DNA of 14,247 bases from Promethearchaeota archaeon Loki_b31 (GCA_005222975.1 NJBI01000071.1:1-14247), one strand, 5' to 3'; shown: positions 1 through 8,835, counted from the first letter of the stretch. The notes: a model not told the origin generated them from the sequence alone. Program-made: numbers and translations.

Positions 1-181
1 TAGGTTTTAATTAATTATTTCTTTTTCCTGTCCTCCTACTTTGTTAACCCCCTTATTTTAAATGTATTGTTACGACCCATAATCATAAAAAAGGTTAAAC
101 AATTATTTTAACTTAGTAACTCAAGAATTTAATAAAAATGTAATATTCTATTAGAAAATTAGACAAATTTGTGAAAGAATT

Positions 182-1642
182 ATGGTTGAAGATAAAGAAT
201 TAAAACGGGGTATTAACTTACCCATAGCGATCTTTATTATAATTGGAATGGTTATCGGGGCGGGAATATGGGTTTCGCCAGCAGCTTATCTATCAAGAAC
301 TGGACCGGCGATATTCATCTCATATTTAATTGCAGTTATTCCCGCTATTTTTGTAGCTTATCTCGTAGCCTACGTTGGATCTGCTTTTCCCGTAGCCGGT
401 GGCACATATGTAATTACTAGTAGACTATTAGGCGGGTTTGGAGGTTTCATGACTGTTTGGCTGGTGATTTTAGCAGTCGGGTCTGCTATAGCTTTCTTAG
501 CTGCGACATTAGGCGTATTTATAGGACAAGCTTTAGGAATTCCTCCGGAATCGGAATTATTATTTGTATTAATCGTTGGAATTTCTGCTTTAGTCATTTT
601 TTACTTACTAAATTGGATAAAAGTAGAAATTTCTGGTTTAATCGAATTAATCCTTACAATTGTCGGAGACGTTTTAGTTATGGTGATATTTATAATAGCG
701 GCGATTCCACATTTTAATCCTTCGAATTTTGAACCTCTGTTTCCAATTGGTCTTGGGCCTGTTATGTTTGCGGGTTTAACTTTCTTTTTCTCTTATACAG
801 GGTTCACTTTAATTTTAGATGTTGCTGGAGAGATTAAGAATCCAAAAAAGAACATACCTCGTGCACTACTAATTAGTATGGTGACACTCACAATTTTATA
901 CGTTTTACAAGCGCTAATGGTTGCTGGAATTCAACCATGGGATAGTCCAGTTGGGACCGTAACAGAAATTCTCATTCTTGGAGGTATCTTACCTCCCGAA
1001 ATAATTATGGTTATGATAGTTCTCATTTCCATTGCTATCGCTTCTACTATCCATCCATCTTACATGGCGTATTCTCGAGACATACTTGTAGCAGCAAGAG
1101 AGCAAATGTTTCCTAAAGTTTTTACTAAGGTAAATAAAAAACACAAAACACCAAGGCCTGCATTAACACTTTTGCTTGTTGTTGGAATTTTCCTCCTTGT
1201 AACCATTATACCCTTACTCGAACCATCTTATGGCATCGAAACTGCAGGCGTGCTATTGAGCGCCGTTACAGCTACCGTTGTCCTCATGCTACAAATTCCC
1301 TTATCTCTAGCAGTATTTATCCTTCCAAAGAAGTTTCCTGAGTGGCACGAAAAAGCAGGCTTCAAACCAGCATCTTGGGCTTTAAAGACTATGGGAATAT
1401 TAGGTTCTGTTACTTCCCTAATATTTGTTCTACTATTGTTCACTGATCCTGATGCGGGCTTAATAATTGCTTTAGTCATTTTTCCATTCGCTGCTGTTGG
1501 AGCAATAGTATATCTATTTAGAAGAAACACTCTCAAAAAGAGAGGAATCAATATTAAGGAAATGATGAAAACGCTTCCAGAATCAGTATCCCTTGAAGAA
1601 GGAGCACCTGGCAAGGTGGAAAGATTAGCGAAAGAAAAATAG
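182..1642 (+). CDS. APC-superfamily amino acid/polyamine permease
   Basis: 486 aa with about 12 hydrophobic segments. It carries the TM1 motif GMVIGAGIW, P-x-AGG-x-Y (FPVAGGTY), FFSYTGF...AGEIKNPKKNIPRA, SR...ARE..FP and HKTPRPA, all typical of APC transporters. Confidence 0.93.
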   Translation: MVEDKELKRGINLPIAIFIIIGMVIGAGIWVSPAAYLSRTGPAIFISYLIAVIPAIFVAYLVAYVGSAFPVAGGTYVITSRLLGGFGGFMTVWLVILAVGSAIAFLAATLGVFIGQALGIPPESELLFVLIVGISALVIFYLLNWIKVEISGLIELILTIVGDVLVMVIFIIAAIPHFNPSNFEPLFPIGLGPVMFAGLTFFFSYTGFTLILDVAGEIKNPKKNIPRALLISMVTLTILYVLQALMVAGIQPWDSPVGTVTEILILGGILPPEIIMVMIVLISIAIASTIHPSYMAYSRDILVAAREQMFPKVFTKVNKKHKTPRPALTLLLVVGIFLLVTIIPLLEPSYGIETAGVLLSAVTATVVLMLQIPLSLAVFILPKKFPEWHEKAGFKPASWALKTMGILGSVTSLIFVLLLFTDPDAGLIIALVIFPFAAVGAIVYLFRRNTLKKRGINIKEMMKTLPESVSLEEGAPGKVERLAKEK

Positions 1643-1667
1643 TAATACTAAAATAATTTTTTATTTT

Positions 1668-2573
1668 TTAATTTAAAATATAACCATCTTTTTTTTTTGA
1701 AATTATATCGTATTTTAGGAACTTCTCAAAATGTTTTTCAATCATTAAAAGTTCAGCAATAATTTCAAAATCTTTAAAGGCCGTGTATTTTCGGTAGATA
1801 ATATTTTTAAATTTAAAATCAATTAGTTTAATTGGGTTGCTTCTTTCAGGAAAATAGGATAATATCCTCTCGTCTCGCTCTTGCAAGATCGATTCGTATT
1901 TTTCAATTTCTTCTCTAATTTTACTTCTTCCTTCAATAACTCCTCTATGCCCCGTAACTACAATATTAACATCTAAATCTTTGATTTTAACAATTGAGTT
2001 CTCAAATTCAATTAAACTTGCATCAATATTGCCATAGTATGGATATTTCGAAAGATCGATATCGCCTAAAAAAGCTACTTTTGTACTCAATTCATAGAAT
2101 GAACAATGTCCAGCAGTATGTCCAGGAGTATAAATAATTTGTAATTTTAACTCGTTTCCAATGTCTATAACTTGATTATCTTCAATTAAATAGTTTATTT
2201 TAACATTTTTCATCCGCAATACTTCAATTAGCTTTCTCATATCATCTTCAATGGGTGTACTTGCGACATTATAATAAGGAATCATCTTTTCGATATCTTC
2301 GATAGGTGGTTTATCTCTTAAATGGCAATGAAACTTCGCATCTTTTAATAGATAATTACCAGAGATGTAGTCTTCATGCCAATGGCTTAAAATTACGTGA
2401 TTTATTGGAAATAATTTCTTCAGTTTTCTTAAACGTTTGGACGAAATCCCTGTATCGATAAGATAATCGCCAACTAAAAGAGAATGAGAATATGGATACC
2501 GAGCATTCAGTTCGCCTTGGATAAAGTAAATGTCTTTATCCTCGTCCGATAGAGGTTGGATGAAATTGTTCAT
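1668..2573 (-). CDS. Metallo-beta-lactamase-fold hydrolase (glyoxalase II/LACTB2-like) with variant metal motif HWHEDY
   Basis: Motifs LIDTG, SHWHEDY (canonical HxHxDH), TPGHTAGH, LGDID and VTGH. The short helical C-terminal extension resembles the winged-helix tail of LACTB2-like proteins. Confidence 0.9.
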   Translation of the reverse strand: MNNFIQPLSDEDKDIYFIQGELNARYPYSHSLLVGDYLIDTGISSKRLRKLKKLFPINHVILSHWHEDYISGNYLLKDAKFHCHLRDKPPIEDIEKMIPYYNVASTPIEDDMRKLIEVLRMKNVKINYLIEDNQVIDIGNELKLQIIYTPGHTAGHCSFYELSTKVAFLGDIDLSKYPYYGNIDASLIEFENSIVKIKDLDVNIVVTGHRGVIEGRSKIREEIEKYESILQERDERILSYFPERSNPIKLIDFKFKNIIYRKYTAFKDFEIIAELLMIEKHFEKFLKYDIISKKKDGYILN

Positions 2574-2634
2574 AATATCAAACTTCCTAATTAATGAGCA
2601 ATTTAAAGTTAGAAATCTCTTAAATTTTTGGATT

Positions 2635-2650
2635 TTACATCTAAATGTAA
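2635..2650. promoter_or_regulatory. Palindrome TTACAT-CTAA-ATGTAA, candidate operator upstream of the MBL hydrolase gene
   Basis: Perfect 6-bp inverted arms with a 4-nt spacer, a few bases upstream of a BRE/TATA-like CCAAAAATTTAAGAG on the minus strand (2617-2631). Confidence 0.35.
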
Positions 2651-2686
2651 GCTTGGTAAAATGGTTATGAAAAATGAAGATAATTT

Positions 2687-3271
2687 TTAAGCAGAATTTG
2701 GATATGATTTATTCAAATCTCTTAACCATTCTCTACCTTTTAATTCTATTTGTAAGATAAAATCGTTTGAGCTAAATTTTAAGACATCTTCAAATTCTTC
2801 TACATATTTCTCAAAGAGATCAGAATAATAATCACAAATCACATTTTCATAGGGTTTTAGGCGGATAAAAGGATTTAAAAAGAGTGTAATTGTGAATTGG
2901 CTAAAACAAAAGATAGAATGCATTTTTATGTTTGTACCTTTTAATTTAATCCCTGCTAAATTCTCAATACAAATTTGGTCAGAAAAACGTTCCAACGCAC
3001 AAATAAACATAGGTATAAGCTCGATATAAAAATTATTTCTCTTTTCTATGTCTTTTATATCCTTTTTTATAAAATAATCTAAAGCACCTTTGAATAATTC
3101 AAAAATGGCAATAGTTTTACCATCTTTATCAGAAATCATACACCCAATAAAAGCTGGCGCACTAAAATTAATAGAAGAAGACGCTAATTCCATCCATTTA
3201 GCATCCTCGTTAAGAAAATCTGTTAATTCAGTAGTTATTTCTATAGCTGGTTCAGTATTCATTTTTGCCAT
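2687..3271 (-). CDS. Hypothetical protein, predicted longin/roadblock-like fold (paralog A)
   Basis: 194 aa. The pattern FIGCMISD-KDG-KTIAIFE / helix LIPMFICALERFSDQI / three strands / two helices fits the longin topology. Clear paralog of 3313-3822. Confidence 0.6.
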   Translation of the reverse strand: MAKMNTEPAIEITTELTDFLNEDAKWMELASSSINFSAPAFIGCMISDKDGKTIAIFELFKGALDYFIKKDIKDIEKRNNFYIELIPMFICALERFSDQICIENLAGIKLKGTNIKMHSIFCFSQFTITLFLNPFIRLKPYENVICDYYSDLFEKYVEEFEDVLKFSSNDFILQIELKGREWLRDLNKSYPNSA

Positions 3272-3312
3272 TTCCTCTGAGATTTAGTTATTATACATTT
3301 CTATTAATTAAT

Positions 3313-3822
3313 TTAAGTAGATTTCAAATAGTTGTTATTTAAATCTATAAGCCAGTCCCAACCTAACCTTTCTAAAAAGTAAATATCGTCAAAATTATAC
3401 TTAAACTCTTCAAAAAAATTTGTTAGGTAATTGTCTATTACATTTTCAACGACATTAAAGCAAACTATTGGATTTAAGAAGAAGATTATTGTAAATTCAT
3501 TTTGATAGAAAAGGATATGCATTTTAAAATTTGAATTTTCTAGTTCAATATTGGGAATATTTTGAATAATAATTTCTTCCGATAACCTTTTAAAAGCGCA
3601 AATATAAGTTGGAAAGGTGTCTATATTAACATTTTCCGCGTTCCTATCTTTTTTAATAATATTTTCAAGAGCTCCCTTAACAATTTCAAATGTAACTAAA
3701 GTTTTTCCATCTTTATCAGAAATCATACATCCAATAAAGGGTGGGATCTTTTCGTTTGAAAAATCGGAATCAATATCCATATAATAATTTTCCTCACAAT
3801 AAACATAACTTTCAGTTATCAT
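3313..3822 (-). CDS. Hypothetical protein, predicted longin/roadblock-like fold (paralog B)
   Basis: 169 aa. Shares FIGCMISDKDGKT, FE..KGAL, KMH, FT...FLNP, ENVI and WL.DLN with paralog A. Confidence 0.6.
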   Translation of the reverse strand: MITESYVYCEENYYMDIDSDFSNEKIPPFIGCMISDKDGKTLVTFEIVKGALENIIKKDRNAENVNIDTFPTYICAFKRLSEEIIIQNIPNIELENSNFKMHILFYQNEFTIIFFLNPIVCFNVVENVIDNYLTNFFEEFKYNFDDIYFLERLGWDWLIDLNNNYLKST

Positions 3823-3871
3823 TTTTTTTATTCAACCATTTATTTGTTTAACTGTATTAGAAAAGTAACAA

Positions 3872-3879
3872 TATATAAA
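3872..3879 (-). promoter_or_regulatory. Putative archaeal TATA box (TTTATATA) for the longin-like pair
   Basis: Matches the archaeal TATA consensus about 50 nt upstream of the ATG at 3822. The AT-rich background limits confidence. Confidence 0.4.
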
Positions 3880-3905
3880 TTGATAACAAAAAGTAGATTG
3901 TATGT

Positions 3906-3939
3906 ACTTTTAACACACAATACTGACTTTTACACACAA
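3906..3939. repeat. Imperfect direct repeat ACTTTT(A)ACACACAA x2 in a divergent intergenic region
   Basis: 3906-3920 acttttaacacacaa and 3926-3939 acttttacacacaa, with starts 20 bp apart. Confidence 0.6.
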
Positions 3940-4058
3940 GAAATAAAAATTAATTACCTTTGTCTAGAAAATAAGTTAAAAAATTTTAATCTTATTCCAA
4001 TTGGTTTTAAATAACTAGTATAACACCATAAATATAGGAAAAGCTCTTAAAAAATTTT

Positions 4059-4079
4059 CAATAAACAATAAACAATAAA
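4059..4079 (+). repeat. Tandem repeat (CAATAAA)x3 immediately upstream of the 4088 start
   Basis: Three exact 7-mers at 4059, 4066 and 4073, followed by GTGATGAA-ATG. Confidence 0.75.
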
Positions 4080-4087
4080 GTGATGAA

Positions 4088-4381
4088 ATGAGAGAAGAAG
4101 ATTTAATGAAATTGTTAGCGGGTATAGGTGGAGTAATTACATTAATTGAAACTCTATTAGGTTTTAACGAAAAGAACATTGATACTTCTAAAGTAATATT
4201 AATAGTAATTTCAATAATTCTAGCTGTAATTGTTTTACTCAGTGTTATCAGACCTGGTAATCCTGTACCTATGAATTGGCTATTATTTGTAGGTGTAGGT
4301 ATAGTACTGATAATATTTAGTAGCTTAGCTGGAGGAATATTAATCTTAGTTGCGGGATTTATTGGATATACAGAAAGATAA
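4088..4381 (+). CDS. Small integral membrane protein (about 3-4 TM), function unknown
   Basis: 97 aa, almost entirely hydrophobic Gly-rich helices. A GTGA SD-like sequence lies upstream, and the ORF fills an otherwise empty gap. Confidence 0.8.
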   Translation: MREEDLMKLLAGIGGVITLIETLLGFNEKNIDTSKVILIVISIILAVIVLLSVIRPGNPVPMNWLLFVGVGIVLIIFSSLAGGILILVAGFIGYTER

Positions 4382-4402
4382 AATAATGATTAGCAGTTAA
4401 GG

Positions 4403-4984
4403 CTACTCCCAAGGCATAACTTTTTCTCTCTTCTTTTTCCCAAATATTGCTCCACAAATAACAATCCCAATAATAATAGGCACAAAAACAATTAAAACAC
4501 CTAAACCAAAATTATGGCCAGAATATATCGTTGGCAGGAAAGTAAAATATAATGTTTCATTTCCTAATGTCGATGAATTCGCCCATAGACTGTATCTTAA
4601 AATAGATGATGAATTTACATCAATATATTTTTCAATAATTTCGTTTAAATAATCTATCCATATTGTTTCGTTATTCTGGTCATTTATCCAAATTGAACCA
4701 TTATTATTAGAGAAGTTTGCTTTAAGATAGAATCCTCCAATCATTAGGACTGAAAATTTGTCACCAGGTGGAACAGACACCTCCGAAATTAGGGTGGGAA
4801 CACCATATTCTAACTCAACTTCATGGTCATAGTCTGATTCTGCTTGTTGAATGTCAGTATATATTTTTGCTTGTACATAGATAATATTCCCTACTAAGAT
4901 GATTCCTAGAATTGATAAATATGTGATAAAAAGAGACAGATTTTTTTTTAAAAATTTCTTCAATTCAGATAAATTTAATCTCAT
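4403..4984 (-). CDS. Hypothetical membrane protein: N-terminal TM, extracytoplasmic beta-rich domain, C-terminal TM with basic tail
   Basis: 193 aa with hydrophobic segments at about aa 16-38 and 159-181. Several N-x-S/T sequons (NFS, NGS, NET, NSS) lie in the middle domain, and the tail reads KKKREK. Confidence 0.75.
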   Translation of the reverse strand: MRLNLSELKKFLKKNLSLFITYLSILGIILVGNIIYVQAKIYTDIQQAESDYDHEVELEYGVPTLISEVSVPPGDKFSVLMIGGFYLKANFSNNNGSIWINDQNNETIWIDYLNEIIEKYIDVNSSSILRYSLWANSSTLGNETLYFTFLPTIYSGHNFGLGVLIVFVPIIIGIVICGAIFGKKKREKVMPWE

Positions 4985-5031
4985 ATTAGGATTCGCGAAA
5001 AATTATTGAATTATGAAAAAAAAGAAAGCCT

Positions 5032-5039
5032 TATATAAA
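5032..5039 (-). promoter_or_regulatory. Putative TATA box (TTTATATA) for 4403-4984
   Basis: Consensus match about 48 nt upstream of the ATG at 4984. Confidence 0.35.
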
Positions 5040-5184
5040 TATATATTCTTCAATAACGATATTAACATAATTTCTACGTCTCATTATAGATTAGATATTT
5101 CAAGTTAAGAAAAGGAAGTTAATGGAATTCTTTGTAAGCCAATAATCTTAATTTATTTATTAAATAAAATTAATTAATATAAAT

Positions 5185-6660
5185 CTAATAACTCTTGGCA
5201 ACATACACTGTACATCCAGCGGGTTTCCCACAAATTAAGCAAGTGGCGAACTCATGTTTCTCTTCATCTACTCTTTTACCTCTAACCTCCGCACCAATAT
5301 CTTTTTCAACAACTTCAGCGCAATGTTCACCATCTAAATCTATAGAACAAAAACCACAAGCCACTATTTTTCCGTTTTTAATTGCTTCAATTGCTGCGTC
5401 CTTCTCATAAGTCAATTCTATCTGCGATTCAAAGTCGATCATAGACTTTTCTTTAATTTCTTTAGTATAGTTTTGAGCAATTTCATCTACAACTTTTTCT
5501 AGATCGGGATCCTTTACAAATATCTTCTTCCCATCGTGTCTTTTTACTAAAACCATTTGGTTTTTTTCTAAGTCTCTTGGTCCGATTTCAATCCTTATCG
5601 GGACTCCTTTTAATTCCCAATTGTAAAATTTACTTCCTGGTGACTCGTCAGAATCGTCGATTTTAACCGTATAATTGCTTTTTAACCTTTCACATATTTC
5701 TTTTGCTTTAGTTAGAACGATATCCTCTTTTTCTTTGAAGAGTATTGGAATAATTACTATTTGGATTGGTGCTAAATCAAAAGGTAAAACTAACCCTTGG
5801 TCATCCCCAAGATATGCAATCATAGCTCCATAATTTCTACTTTGAGAAGGGCCATAACATGTCTGATAACCATATTTCTCTTCTCCATCTGTATCTACAA
5901 ATTTTACATCAAATGGCTTTGAGAAATTCTGTCCTAACAAATGCGTTGAAGGCAACTGCAGAACTTTTCCAGATCCCATTAATGCGTCAGCAGCATAAGT
6001 ATGAACGGCTCCTGCAAATTTATCCCATTCTGGTCTTTGAAAAAAGATTATAGGGATACAACACTCGTCCTGAAGAATCTGATAAGTCGTTTCCATATCC
6101 TCTTTAACTTGTTCCATCGCACCCTCCATTGTAGCAAAAACATTGTGTGCTTCAATCCAATGAAATTCTCTGCCTCTAAGAAATGGTCTTGTCATTTTTC
6201 CCTCATATCTCCAGACTTGGCATGAAAGATATCTTTTATAGGGTAGATCCTTATAACTTCTTATCCACATTGAATACATTTTATATAGCGCAGTTTCGCT
6301 AGTTGGGCGTAATGCCAAACGTTCTGATAATTTGCCAGAACTACCTGCTTCTGTTACCCAAAATAGTTCTGGAGCAAAACCCTCAACATGTTCTGCTTCT
6401 AATAAGAAATTCGATTCTGGGATAAGAGAAGGCATTGTCAGTGGGAGATGACCTTTTTTTTCTAACAAATCTTCAGATTTTTTATACATTTTTCTAATTG
6501 TGATGGTTGCCCATTCTCGATAAACGACAAATCCTTTAATATTATATCGAATATCAGCTAACTCTGCCTTGTTTATTAGCTCCGTGTACCAACCGGAAAA
6601 ATCCTCTTCTTTAGAAACTGTGATTCCCGTTAAAGGAGCTTCCTTTTTCTTTTTAGCCAT
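5185..6660 (-). CDS. proS: Proline--tRNA ligase, archaeal/eukaryotic type
   Basis: FSGWYTE, EAEHVEGFAPE, LALRPTSET, motif 2 WRYE..TRPFLRGREFHWIEAH, KFAGA, HLLGQNFSKPF, anticodon domain WELKGVPIRIEIGPRD, a C-terminal Cys cluster and the terminal AKSY. Confidence 0.98.
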   Translation of the reverse strand: MAKKKKEAPLTGITVSKEEDFSGWYTELINKAELADIRYNIKGFVVYREWATITIRKMYKKSEDLLEKKGHLPLTMPSLIPESNFLLEAEHVEGFAPELFWVTEAGSSGKLSERLALRPTSETALYKMYSMWIRSYKDLPYKRYLSCQVWRYEGKMTRPFLRGREFHWIEAHNVFATMEGAMEQVKEDMETTYQILQDECCIPIIFFQRPEWDKFAGAVHTYAADALMGSGKVLQLPSTHLLGQNFSKPFDVKFVDTDGEEKYGYQTCYGPSQSRNYGAMIAYLGDDQGLVLPFDLAPIQIVIIPILFKEKEDIVLTKAKEICERLKSNYTVKIDDSDESPGSKFYNWELKGVPIRIEIGPRDLEKNQMVLVKRHDGKKIFVKDPDLEKVVDEIAQNYTKEIKEKSMIDFESQIELTYEKDAAIEAIKNGKIVACGFCSIDLDGEHCAEVVEKDIGAEVRGKRVDEEKHEFATCLICGKPAGCTVYVAKSY

Positions 6661-6775
6661 AAACTATCATCGAAATAAATACTTTAAAAGTTAAATATTT
6701 TATGAGTAAAACTCTATTTAAAAAAGTCTAAAAACTCCATTCAAGAAATTATAATTATAAATTTTAATCAATTTA

Positions 6776-7561
6776 TTAATCAGGATTTAAATTAGCGTTA
6801 GTAATGATCGAGCCAGTTAAAAAATCTTGCTCCAGTGTAAGATCGGTAATTTCTAGAAGTAAGATTATAGCTTCATAACCTTTTGAAATGAGATATTCTT
6901 TTAATTCTCTCCCAATTTTTTTCAATAACTCCTCATCTGTAGAATAAATAGAATAATGTATAATTGCATTTGGATTATTGATAAACTCCGCCCTGTTTAG
7001 GATTTCTTCATTATTAAGAATCGCTACCTCGTCCGCACCAGCAATTATAGCGATCTTTTTGATTTCTGCTTCTAAAGTTCCAAAAGTAAAGAATTGCTTA
7101 CTCCCCGATTCGATTTTTTCAGCTAATATTCGTTCTAAATCTTCACGAGTTTTCTTGTCGTAAAAAACCGTTAACTCTTTAGAACTGATTTCTTTATATT
7201 TACCCGATATTAAATTTTCTTTCTCATTAATGAAATCTATAATAGTTTCGTAATATTGATCATCTAATTTTTGAAACTCCTCAACGCATCTTATAAAATG
7301 AGTCAGTTTGTCTATTAAATCGTAATAGAATTTTAATCGAGATTTAATCCTGAGCTTATCGCTAATTTGTTTTATTTCTGGATAATATTTCTTTAGGATG
7401 AGATTAATGTTTTTGTTACTAAGAGCGCATAATTTTGCGACCTTTTCCGAATATTTAATGGATTTATAATTAAATAATTTTAGGATATCTTGTTCCAATT
7501 TAGTGAGGTCGTCAAAGACCTCTGAGATCTTATTGTTATACTTTTTCTCAATATAAGACAT
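6776..7561 (-). CDS. Hypothetical soluble protein (helical N-terminal part, alpha/beta C-terminal part)
   Basis: 261-aa ORF, co-oriented between the PlsY-like genes and proS, with an AGGA SD-like sequence before the ATG. No family recognised. Confidence 0.8.
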   Translation of the reverse strand: MSYIEKKYNNKISEVFDDLTKLEQDILKLFNYKSIKYSEKVAKLCALSNKNINLILKKYYPEIKQISDKLRIKSRLKFYYDLIDKLTHFIRCVEEFQKLDDQYYETIIDFINEKENLISGKYKEISSKELTVFYDKKTREDLERILAEKIESGSKQFFTFGTLEAEIKKIAIIAGADEVAILNNEEILNRAEFINNPNAIIHYSIYSTDEELLKKIGRELKEYLISKGYEAIILLLEITDLTLEQDFLTGSIITNANLNPD

Positions 7562-7629
7562 TCCTATAATTATGATAGGTTTATTTAATATAACATTATT
7601 TTTTGAAGAATTTGATAAGAAAATTATTT

Positions 7630-7758
7630 TTATAAACCAAACAACAGTGCTACGGTCATAATTGATCCTGTTATTAAAGGAACTGTAAGATTGTCATTTA
7701 CATTCATTGAAAACATTTCAACTAAAGGTGCTGAGATACCCCCTAGAATTAAAACAAT
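7630..7758. repeat. Near-identical 3' tract shared with 9019-9147
   Basis: Manual alignment gives 5 mismatches in 129 nt, and 7670-7758 vs 9059-9147 differ at 1 of 89 nt. Confidence 0.9.
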
Positions 7759-8835
7759 TAATGGAATATTTAAACTAGTATAGAGTATGTATCCCATAAT
7801 AAGAACGCTCCCAATATATGCTAATGTACCTTCTAATGTCTTATTCAATATTTTATGTCTCCCAAATGCTAAACCGAAAAGCTTTCCAAATATATCACCA
7901 TAGATTAAAAAGGATGATGCAATGAATGCTACTTCTTTCGGAAATACTAATAATGTAATAAACAAGGCAACAAAAAAGATGGTAAAAGACGAAAATTTTT
8001 TAATTTCATTTTTCCTAAGTAAAGCCTTTACTTTTGTCTTCAATACCTCATTGGTTTTTTTATGCATAAATCTAAAGATATCAAATGCTACCAAAACTAG
8101 GGTCACACTTCCAAGTATATATAAAGAAGGAACTTTAGTGAAAATACTATAAAATATTAAAAAAATAATCGCAAATGGTCTTATCGCAACACGCCACCTA
8201 TATGTCTGAAAATTCGTGTCTTCTATCTTAAATTTACCTTCTTTCAAGATATTATAAATAGCAATCGTAGTAATATGGGCAATTACAATCCAAAAAAAGA
8301 TGTTATATTGACAATCCGGGAAATAAATGTATACAGAATAGCCAAGAAGAGGAAGCACTACAATACTTAAAAGAGTCCAAATTCTAGAAATATAATAAAA
8401 TATTACTGAAAGAAGAATTAAATAAAATAGAAAGAAGATAAATTCAGTATTGGTTATTAAATAATTCATTAAATAGCAAAGAAGCATTCCTGTAGCAGCA
8501 GCAACACCCTGGCCGCCTCTAAATTTTAAATAGAATGGAAATATGTGACCTACAATTGTCATCAATCCACTTAAATGAGCCACAATAATGTTAGTTCCTA
8601 AGCTTAATGTTATTAGTATAACTAACAACCCTTTAAAAATATCAAATATGGCCGTGGGGATCCCATATTTCACCCCTAACGTCTGAAATGTATTTATTGT
8701 TCCTGCGTTTTTGGAACCAACTTCCCTTATATCGATTTTTTTCAGTCTCCCAAAAAAATAGCCAGGATTAATACTACCAAAAAAATAACCAAATAATAAA
8801 CATAATATGCTAATCAAAATTTCTAAGGGTTCCAT
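7630..8835 (-). CDS. plsY: Fusion: PlsY-like acyltransferase domain + CTP-dependent polyprenol/diacylglycerol kinase (SEC59/DGK1/VTE5-like) domain, copy 1
   Basis: N-half: GSINPGY, DIREVGSKNAGTIN, DIFKG, GHIFP..FRGGQGVA. C-half: LRKNE, GD...LFG..FGRHK, KTLEG, DNLTVP. A GAGG SD lies upstream. The symbol reflects homology only, since the active-site residues deviate. Confidence 0.88.
   Translation of the reverse strand: MEPLEILISILCLLFGYFFGSINPGYFFGRLKKIDIREVGSKNAGTINTFQTLGVKYGIPTAIFDIFKGLLVILITLSLGTNIIVAHLSGLMTIVGHIFPFYLKFRGGQGVAAATGMLLCYLMNYLITNTEFIFFLFYLILLSVIFYYISRIWTLLSIVVLPLLGYSVYIYFPDCQYNIFFWIVIAHITTIAIYNILKEGKFKIEDTNFQTYRWRVAIRPFAIIFLIFYSIFTKVPSLYILGSVTLVLVAFDIFRFMHKKTNEVLKTKVKALLRKNEIKKFSSFTIFFVALFITLLVFPKEVAFIASSFLIYGDIFGKLFGLAFGRHKILNKTLEGTLAYIGSVLIMGYILYTSLNIPLIVLILGGISAPLVEMFSMNVNDNLTVPLITGSIMTVALLFGL

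Noticed and set aside
41-102. Imperfect inverted repeat TTGTTAACC / GGTTAAACAA upstream of the permease
   Set aside because: It needs a gap, the arms are far apart, and it is plausible by chance in AT-rich DNA.
370-1614. ORFs 370-597, 457-717 and 1228-1614
   Set aside because: Shadow frames inside the APC permease with no protein-like motifs.
3906-4079. CRISPR array
   Set aside because: The repeats are too short and too few, with no spacers and no cas genes.
3090-8152. Short + strand ORFs 3090-3287, 5195-5410, 5859-6053, 6001-6225, 6978-7163 and 7922-8152
   Set aside because: Antisense shadows of well-supported minus-strand genes.
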